Source of the DNA: an uncultured Gammaproteobacteria bacterium
Lineage (GTDB): Bacteria > Patescibacteriota > Patescibacteriia > Magasanikbacterales > UBA922
Length of the DNA stretch: 64,000 nucleotides
Assembly (NCBI GenBank): GCA_964522435.1
Contig: CAZFUL010000001.1
Span: forward strand, 188,278 to 252,277
Direction: 5' to 3'
The notes under the pieces are model-generated. The model was not told the origin of the DNA. It searched no databases and saw only the letters and a list, made by a program, of their open reading frames with translations. The position numbers and the translations under genes are program-made. Every line of letters begins with the position of its first letter. The stretch's first letter is position 1. This document shows, in pieces, positions 57,151-64,000 of the stretch.

Positions 57151-57239
57151 CAGACTCTCCTCAGGAGCAATGGGTGAAATAAAAAAGAACCAACCTTCGT
57201 ATATCATGGTTGGTTTTCTCTGTCAATTGTTTTATATAA

Positions 57240-58640
57240 TTATTGCCCGTAGCCCCGAAGAATAATATTAATGGTGCGAAGAATAATAGAAATATCAATT
57301 AAGAAAGACTTGTTTTTAATATAAAATAAATCGTATTGAAATTTTTCAAGCGAGCGTTCCATGGTATCGGTGTATTGTTGGTGAATCACTGCCCAGCCAG
57401 TAAGCCCCGGTGCGACAATATGCCGTAACGGATAGTAGGGCATATGTTCGGTAAGTTTTTCTACAATTTGGGGGCGCTCAGGACGGGGTCCAATAAGCGT
57501 CACATCCCCTTTAAACAAATTTATCCATTGTGGCAGCTCATCTAATCGCGTTTTTCGTAATAGTTTTCCGATTGCGGTTACCCTCGTATCATCTTTGGTC
57601 GCAAATTGGTAGCCATCTAACTCGGCACTCCCGTCTTTCGCAAGCGCATACATAGAACGAAATTTGTATAAGGTAAAGACATTCCCAGATTTACCCACCC
57701 GTGCTTGGGTAAAAAATATAGGCCCAGAAGAATTTATTTTAATCGCAACAGCAATAAAAGGAAATATCGCCACAAAAACAACAAAAAGAATAAGTGCGGC
57801 AATATAATCTATTACTCGACGCAATCGTGTATAGACTAATTGTTCTTTGTTTCTTAGATGTTCTAAAAACCAACTTTCAGAAAACGTGGTCGGAGAAATG
57901 CGTCCAGTAATTATTTCATAAAATGCGCCTAGGTGATGAATATGAACCGGCCAAAATAACAGTTCATACAATTCACGAACCGCGGTATCGTTATCTTTTA
58001 GGTGGTCACTTACTACCACGATATCAATATCTTTCGTATTAATAACCGCACGCATTTTATTAATATCTTTAAAACAGTCAATAGAGTCAGGTACATTTTC
58101 TGGGGGGTGTGGTTCAATAATTGCTACCGGCAGATAGCCATTTTGTGGGCGTTTTTGAAAGAGTGCAATAAGTTCGAGCACTTCTTTCGTGACGCCAACA
58201 AATAGCAGACGAGATTGTAAGTGTTTTCCTCGAATAAAGCGTTGGGCAAGGAAACGCCACAGCGCGCTTAATCCATAGCCAATAATAATGGTCAACACCA
58301 GAATAGTTTTTGGCGTAATCGTTTTATTTGGGTGAAGATAAAAAAAGATAATACTCACCAACAGGGCAATTCCTGCGGTCTCAAAAAAACGTCGAATAAA
58401 TTGCGTTTTGTTTTCATAGCTGCCTAAATCATAGAGGCCATTGATATAATTAACAATAAACCAGATGATAAAGGTACTGATAAATATTCCCAAAAGGGAG
58501 AGGAGGTAATCTGTATTGGGGAGTTCTGATCGTCGTATGGCAATCGCAATATAGAGACCGAGGGTGTAACTAAGCAAATCTCCAAAAAGCACAATACCTT
58601 GTTTGAGGCGATAACGTATTTTCATAAATTGCACAAGCAC
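57240..58640 (-). CDS. bacterial sugar transferase (undecaprenyl-phosphate hexose-1-phosphate transferase, WbaP/EpsE-like)
   Basis: 466 aa. N-terminal TMs and a C-terminal 'bac_transf' core 'DELPQWINLFKGDVTLIGPRPERP'. Confidence 0.75.
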   Translation of the reverse strand: MLVQFMKIRYRLKQGIVLFGDLLSYTLGLYIAIAIRRSELPNTDYLLSLLGIFISTFIIWFIVNYINGLYDLGSYENKTQFIRRFFETAGIALLVSIIFFYLHPNKTITPKTILVLTIIIGYGLSALWRFLAQRFIRGKHLQSRLLFVGVTKEVLELIALFQKRPQNGYLPVAIIEPHPPENVPDSIDCFKDINKMRAVINTKDIDIVVVSDHLKDNDTAVRELYELLFWPVHIHHLGAFYEIITGRISPTTFSESWFLEHLRNKEQLVYTRLRRVIDYIAALILFVVFVAIFPFIAVAIKINSSGPIFFTQARVGKSGNVFTLYKFRSMYALAKDGSAELDGYQFATKDDTRVTAIGKLLRKTRLDELPQWINLFKGDVTLIGPRPERPQIVEKLTEHMPYYPLRHIVAPGLTGWAVIHQQYTDTMERSLEKFQYDLFYIKNKSFLIDISIILRTINIILRGYGQ

Positions 58641-58702
58641 TGATTTTTCAGTATACTAACAATAATACATCAACATTCAATTATCTATAATGTAGCAACT
58701 TT

Positions 58703-60217
58703 ATGCGTCAAAATCAATGGTTCTTACGAATCGCCGCTATTATTCTTTTTTTGACTATCCCATATACGACTTTGTCTGCTGCAACGGTCAATTATACTAT
58801 TCGTATTAATTCTGGAGAAAACGGGACTACGTCACGAAAAGTATTACTGCACATCTATCCACCTAAGGGTGCGACTGAAATGCGAATTTCTAATAATGCA
58901 CAATGGACGGGCAGTTATTGGGAATCAGCAAAAAGAAGTAGAGAATGGTTACTTGATTTTGAAGGCGGGACGAAACGCGTGGTGGTACAATTTCGAGATA
59001 AAGATGGGCATAGCTTACCAGGGACATACGAAGATGATATTTATTTAGCTGTTCCACGCACCATGACGGTGGATGCGAAAATTAATAACGGAGATATCCA
59101 AACAACGTCAAGACACGTTACCTTATCATTATTTTTTTCTAATGGGGTGGAGGCTGTTGCGATTAGCCCTACAGATAATTTTACGAATGTTCCCTTTATT
59201 CCTATTGAAAAAACAATGGAATGGGTCCTCCCAGCAGAGACCGGTGGAAAAGATGTCTATCTGCAATTTCGAGATGCAAATAACAATACCAAAATAGTTC
59301 GAAAAACAATTTACTATGAACAACCAAAAAATTATTTGCCAGAAGGGAGTTTGTTAAAAGGAAAAAGTGACACCGTGTATTATTATGGATTTGATGGAAA
59401 ATTGCATCCGTTTTTTCATAGCTCTGCGTATCAATCATACTTTACCTCATTTAATGATATTAAATATGTGAGTGATGATAAACTGCAAAGTTATCCTATT
59501 GCAGAATCTGTTTGTGTTCGTCCGGGGACATGGTTAGTAAAATTTAAAGGATCTGCCAGAGTGTTTGCGGTGGAGCCTGGCTGTTATTTGCGTCCTATTC
59601 GTTCAGAAGCGGAAGCATTTTTATTGTATGGGCCAAGTTGGTCAAAACGCTTGATTGAATTGGAAAGCGCCTACGCAGGATTTTATCGTGTAAGAGAATT
59701 AACGACAGAAGAAAGAGCGAATGATCGTGATCGTGATGGGGTACCTAACGATGTAGAAGAAGAATATGGGACGAGTGATAGTAGTAAAGATACTGATGAG
59801 GATGCGCTAAGTGATTATGAAGAAATATATTTTTGGTTTACTGATCCAACCACCGCTGATTCTGATAGAGATGGTATGAAAGACGGAAAAGAAATTATTG
59901 CTGGTCGTTCACCCAATGGGCCTGGAGCGTTAGAAGAACTTCCAACAGAAAGCTACACCTTTCCAAAAGGGTCTATTATCTATAAATGGTGGGATGATAA
60001 AAAATACTATTACGCCCACCAAGATGGATTTATGTACTTTTTGGCGAATCGAGTAACTGATAAACCCTTTACGACGAATAATCTTCAATCTCGTTTTGTG
60101 GTATCTCCACCATTTGAAATTGATTTTGAAGACCGAGACGGCTGGCATATTTTAGAAGATCAAGAATTTATGAAATTACCGCTTACGACGCGGTATGGCA
60201 GTGTGAGTTTATTATGA
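58703..60217 (+). CDS. secreted protein with signal peptide and thrombospondin-type-3-like Ca-binding Asp-rich repeats
   Basis: 504 aa. Signal 'AAIILFLTIPYTTLSA'. 'DRDRDGVPNDVEEEYG...DSDRDGMKDGKEI'. Shares a 'SYFTSFNDI' motif with ORF 19903..21510. Confidence 0.5.
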   Translation: MRQNQWFLRIAAIILFLTIPYTTLSAATVNYTIRINSGENGTTSRKVLLHIYPPKGATEMRISNNAQWTGSYWESAKRSREWLLDFEGGTKRVVVQFRDKDGHSLPGTYEDDIYLAVPRTMTVDAKINNGDIQTTSRHVTLSLFFSNGVEAVAISPTDNFTNVPFIPIEKTMEWVLPAETGGKDVYLQFRDANNNTKIVRKTIYYEQPKNYLPEGSLLKGKSDTVYYYGFDGKLHPFFHSSAYQSYFTSFNDIKYVSDDKLQSYPIAESVCVRPGTWLVKFKGSARVFAVEPGCYLRPIRSEAEAFLLYGPSWSKRLIELESAYAGFYRVRELTTEERANDRDRDGVPNDVEEEYGTSDSSKDTDEDALSDYEEIYFWFTDPTTADSDRDGMKDGKEIIAGRSPNGPGALEELPTESYTFPKGSIIYKWWDDKKYYYAHQDGFMYFLANRVTDKPFTTNNLQSRFVVSPPFEIDFEDRDGWHILEDQEFMKLPLTTRYGSVSLL

Positions 60218-62292
60218 CATATTTATTACGAATACTTGTTATCAGCATACTCTGTTTTCCTACCCTTGTGTTGGCCAGAGAACCAAATGATCCCTTGTAT
60301 CAGCAGTGGTCATATAAAGAAGTGCAGGCCTATAGTGCATGGGATAAAAGTATTGGAAACAAGGACGTGATTGTGGCTATTATTGATAATGGCTTTGATT
60401 ACTTGCATCCCGACTTAGTAAAAAATGTTTGGAAAAACGAAGATGAAATAGCGGACAATAAAAAAGATGACGATAATAATGGCTATATTGATGATGTGTG
60501 GGGCTGGAATTTTTTAGCAGAGGATAGAAATCTTGATGGTGAGATTGATAAGCAAGAGTCATTGGGACATAATGATCCACGACCACCGGTTATTGGCGTA
60601 AATACCGAATCTCCCGAAGCGAGTGTCTTGCATCATGGAACCGTTGTTGCTGGTATTATTGGTGCTGTTGGCAACAATAGTTCATTTGGGAGTGGATTAA
60701 ATTGGCAGGTAAAGCTCATGAATATCCGTTTATTAGGAAACGAAGGTCATGGGCAAGTATCAGAATTAGATAGAGCGATTCGCTATGCCGTAGATAATGG
60801 GGCTGACGTTATTAATTTTAGTATTGTTACCACTGACTTAACCCCGAACGCAAAACAAGCCATTGACTATGCCTATAGTCGTGGGGTTGCTATTGTTGCC
60901 GCAGCAGGTAATGATGCGACATCATTAAATACCACTCCGTTTTATCCTGTCTGTGTAGATGAGGACGAGCTAACACCCAAAGTCTTAGGAGTAAGTGCGA
61001 TACGCAAAGATCGTCGTATTGCCTCATTTAGTAATTTTGGTTCTCGTTGTATTGATATTACTGCGCCCGGGGTAGATATTGCGAGTACGCTGCGTTATGC
61101 ACCTATGCATGGATTTGCGAGCGGCTATAGCGCTGGTTGGAATGGAACATCCTTTGCAGCACCATTTGTGAGTGCGACCGCAGCACTTATTAAAGCAGTG
61201 CAACCAACCTGGGGCGCTGCGGATATTTATCATGCTATTTTATCAACCACACATAAAACGCCGTCTTCTGACCCTGAGGGCTATGCAGATTTATTTGGTA
61301 ATGGATTATTGCAAATGGATAATGCCATTTCTTTTGCCATGGCGCAAACAGCATCAACAACGCAGCCTGTCCCAAAACCAACACCAAATCCAACACTGCC
61401 AGTTCCGTCGGCAACAACTCCACCCGTTATTCAAATGGTGTCGTTGTCTCAGGGACTTATTCGGATTAAATATACAAAAGATTTAGCGCAAAGCAGCACC
61501 AAGCTTGTACCAGAACTTGCAGGTATGGATGACGTGAGCCAATATGAGCAGCAGGGGACATACCAATATGTGGCGACTCAGTTTATTCCACAAAACAAAC
61601 AAGTCGTCGTAAAACTATTTGATGAGGCTTGGAATAAAACACAGGAGTGGACGGTTTCGAGTGAGGTGGCGTTGCAAGGAACTATGGTGCAATTGCAAGG
61701 ATCTGCTGAACAGCAGGTGGTGTTAGCACCAACAACAGCAAGTACAGAATTATTTCGTGTGTATGATTTGCGAGGAAATGGTATTGGTACCCAAAAAATT
61801 GCGTCACCGCATGCTGGCGTAGTGGTCTCATATATGCGGGATCGTGGGGCTCTTGCCGATGATATTATGTTGTCCTATCGTACGGGTACGACCACTGCTA
61901 TTGCTCGCTATAGAGGCATTGATCAGGAAGTGATTACCTTTCCTACAGAACAACTGACTCATCCTGGTGCCATTATGAGTGCTGATATCAATGGTGATGG
62001 GGTAGATGAATTTGTTGTTGCCTCTAAAAAAACAGAAGCCATTATGGTCGTATATTATCGTGCGGATGGTCGTTTATTAAAGAACTTTCCGTCATATGCG
62101 CCACAATCACAAGTAGATGTAAGTCTCAGTATGTGGGATTACTTTGGTGATGGAAAAGAAGATGTCGTGATTACACCAAAAGATGGGGCTGTATTTATGA
62201 ATGTGTGGAGTGGTCAACCAACACTGCTATTTCAATTACCTATTATTGAAAAATCGTTAACGCCAATCCGCATGTTTGTGACGCCTGAATAA
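60214..62292 (+). CDS. subtilisin-like serine protease (S8) with a long C-terminal extension
   Basis: Catalytic triad contexts 'AIIDNGFD', 'HGTVVAGII', 'GTSFAAPFVSA'. Signal peptide present. ATGA overlap with the upstream ORF. Confidence 0.8.
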   Translation: MTYLLRILVISILCFPTLVLAREPNDPLYQQWSYKEVQAYSAWDKSIGNKDVIVAIIDNGFDYLHPDLVKNVWKNEDEIADNKKDDDNNGYIDDVWGWNFLAEDRNLDGEIDKQESLGHNDPRPPVIGVNTESPEASVLHHGTVVAGIIGAVGNNSSFGSGLNWQVKLMNIRLLGNEGHGQVSELDRAIRYAVDNGADVINFSIVTTDLTPNAKQAIDYAYSRGVAIVAAAGNDATSLNTTPFYPVCVDEDELTPKVLGVSAIRKDRRIASFSNFGSRCIDITAPGVDIASTLRYAPMHGFASGYSAGWNGTSFAAPFVSATAALIKAVQPTWGAADIYHAILSTTHKTPSSDPEGYADLFGNGLLQMDNAISFAMAQTASTTQPVPKPTPNPTLPVPSATTPPVIQMVSLSQGLIRIKYTKDLAQSSTKLVPELAGMDDVSQYEQQGTYQYVATQFIPQNKQVVVKLFDEAWNKTQEWTVSSEVALQGTMVQLQGSAEQQVVLAPTTASTELFRVYDLRGNGIGTQKIASPHAGVVVSYMRDRGALADDIMLSYRTGTTTAIARYRGIDQEVITFPTEQLTHPGAIMSADINGDGVDEFVVASKKTEAIMVVYYRADGRLLKNFPSYAPQSQVDVSLSMWDYFGDGKEDVVITPKDGAVFMNVWSGQPTLLFQLPIIEKSLTPIRMFVTPE

Positions 62293-62315
62293 CATGTGCT
62301 ATACTTAGTGCTCCT

Positions 62316-63341
62316 ATGCTCGAAGAAACTCCTATTTTTGAAAAGAAAAATGTCCTCGTTACCGGTGGGGCAGGATTTTTGGGTTCTCATTTATGTGAAC
62401 GATTAGTGCGAGAAGCAAAAGTCATTTGTATTGATGATTTGTCTAATTCCAATATTCAAAACATTGAACATTTATTGCAATACCCAGATTTTGAATTTAT
62501 TAAATACGACATGAGTCAAGAAATTGATTTAGATTCGTTTGATGAGTTAGATAAATTCAAAGTAAAATATCAGGGCGTACAAGAAATTTATCATCTTGCT
62601 TGTCCAACCAGTCCTAAAAATTTTGAGTCTCTAAAAATTCAATCACTGTGGGCAAATTCTCGTGCCATGTTGTCTACGTTAAATTTAGCCGTAAAATATC
62701 GTGCAAAATATGTCTTTGCCTCTAGCTCGGTAATCTATGGTGATCCAACAGAAGAACAGTATATTTTTCCAGAAGAATATGAGGGTATTGTGGATCATCT
62801 TTCTCCCCGTGCCTGTTATGATGAGGGAAAACGTTTTGCCGAAACCTGTGTCGAGACCTATCGCCAAGTCTATGGAATTGACGCAAAAGTTGCCCGTATT
62901 TTTACTACCTATGGTCCACGGATGCGTTTGCGTGATGGGTTACTTATTCCTGATTTTATTCTCAATGCCCTAGAAGGCAAACCATTAGTCATTTACGGAG
63001 ATGAACAACTGACCCAATCCCTCTGTTTTGTAACAGATATTATTGATGGGATGCTTCGTTTAATGCGATCACGTCCAGAGCTCTCTATTGTCAATTTGGG
63101 GTCAGATTATTTGTTACGCATGGTAGATGTGGCTCAAATGATTATCGATATGACCCAATCAAGCTCCACGATCGTGTTTGAAGATCCCCTGGTCTTTTTA
63201 ACCAAAAAAGGTATCCCGGACTTGCAATTAGCCAAAAATCAATTACAATGGATTCCACTTGTTCGTTTAGAAGAAGGCCTGCGTAAAACAATCGACTATA
63301 CCATTGCCAATAAACACATGGTTGGCAATATGTCGATGTAG
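62316..63341 (+). CDS. NAD-dependent epimerase/dehydratase (UDP-glucuronate decarboxylase-like extended SDR)
   Basis: 'VLVTGGAGFLGSHLCERL' Rossmann motif and 'YDEGKR' catalytic YxxxK. Confidence 0.7.
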   Translation: MLEETPIFEKKNVLVTGGAGFLGSHLCERLVREAKVICIDDLSNSNIQNIEHLLQYPDFEFIKYDMSQEIDLDSFDELDKFKVKYQGVQEIYHLACPTSPKNFESLKIQSLWANSRAMLSTLNLAVKYRAKYVFASSSVIYGDPTEEQYIFPEEYEGIVDHLSPRACYDEGKRFAETCVETYRQVYGIDAKVARIFTTYGPRMRLRDGLLIPDFILNALEGKPLVIYGDEQLTQSLCFVTDIIDGMLRLMRSRPELSIVNLGSDYLLRMVDVAQMIIDMTQSSSTIVFEDPLVFLTKKGIPDLQLAKNQLQWIPLVRLEEGLRKTIDYTIANKHMVGNMSM

Positions 63342-63380
63342 TGCTTTTTATAAGAGGACAAGGCGTTGATTTTTTTTCTT

Positions 63381-64000
63381 ATGTTTATTGCTATTGTCCC
63401 AGCCTATAATGAAGCAAAGCATATTAAACGAGTTATTAAAGAACTCCTTCCTTTTGTTTCTGAAGTAGTGGTGGTTGATGATTGTTCGACGGATGATACC
63501 GCCACACGAGCTCGGGCCTGTGGGGCAACGGTATTACAACATCGGGTGAATCGTGGCCAGGGAGCGGCACTTGAAACTGGCCATGCCTATGCACGGGCCA
63601 AAGCGGCACAGTTGGTACTGCATTTTGATGCTGATGGACAATTTGACAGTGCGGATATTTTGCCAGCAAAACAACATTTAGAAGAACAGGGCGCAGATAT
63701 ATTATTTGGCTCACGCTTTTTAGATACGCGCTCATCTATTCCTTGGATTAAAAAATGGATTCTCTTACCGCTTGGAAAACTCTTTAATCGTTTTCATGGA
63801 GCAGCTGCCTTAAGTGATGCGCATAATGGCTTTCGCTTATTAACAGCTAAGGCCTTAGCGGATATTGTTATTACCCAAGATAGAATGGCGCATGCTAGCG
63901 AAATTCCCTTGTTAGCGTCTCAAGCCGGACTTAAGATAGTTGAATTTCCTGTTAAAGTTACGTATCATGAGTATGGGCAAACAGCCACACAAGGAATAAC
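63381..64000 (+). CDS. family 2 glycosyltransferase (Dpm1-like), 3' end beyond the window
   Basis: ATG 63381. 'AIVPAYNEAKHIKRVIKEL...VVVDDCSTDDT...DADGQ' GT2 motifs. Open to the window end, so it is absent from the ORF track. Confidence 0.7.
   Translation, partial: MFIAIVPAYNEAKHIKRVIKELLPFVSEVVVVDDCSTDDTATRARACGATVLQHRVNRGQGAALETGHAYARAKAAQLVLHFDADGQFDSADILPAKQHLEEQGADILFGSRFLDTRSSIPWIKKWILLPLGKLFNRFHGAAALSDAHNGFRLLTAKALADIVITQDRMAHASEIPLLASQAGLKIVEFPVKVTYHEYGQTATQGI

Noticed and set aside
63436-63735. ORF 63436..63735 (-)
   Set aside because: Antisense to a well-supported GT2 glycosyltransferase frame that is open to the window end.

Overview
This 64-kb window comes from a low-G+C bacterial chromosome. 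G+C is roughly 40% by eye and was not computed. It is densely packed with housekeeping genes.

Genes present include the infB 3' end, trxA, gdhA, leuS, murA, ctpA, a riboflavin-kinase-only ribF overlapping ribE, ribH, cysS, era, rplI, pyrG, uppP, cca, yidC, a CIRCE-hrcA-grpE-hsp20-dnaK-DUF4230-DUF3467-dnaJ heat-shock cluster, rnhA-recJ, lepA, murJ, corA, an RNase J-like MBL gene, uvrB, uvrA, and a cell-surface block (sugar transferase, secreted proteins, S8 protease, UXS-like epimerase, GT2). There are two tRNAs, Val-TAC and Leu-CAG.

Several proteins are short versions (HrcA, UvrA, YidC), and hypothetical membrane and secreted proteins are abundant. This fits a small-genome organism, possibly Patescibacteria/CPR-like (inference only).

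Promoters close to TTGACA-N17-TATAnT with strong Shine-Dalgarno (SD) sites can be read upstream of many genes.

No CRISPR array, transposase, integrase or phage structural gene was seen.

The observations worth follow-up are:
- a canonical Nudix box inserted inside LeuS;
- visibly G+C-rich islets, each with its own consensus promoter, SD and terminator, encoding small proteins and small membrane proteins that the six-frame track buries under overlapping ORFs. One islet carries a tandem RNA-polymerase alpha-CTD-like protein next to tRNA-Leu(CAG);
- two families of structured palindromic intergenic repeats;
- a promoter-to-terminator mini-transcript with an 8-codon ORF;
- a folded element downstream of cca.
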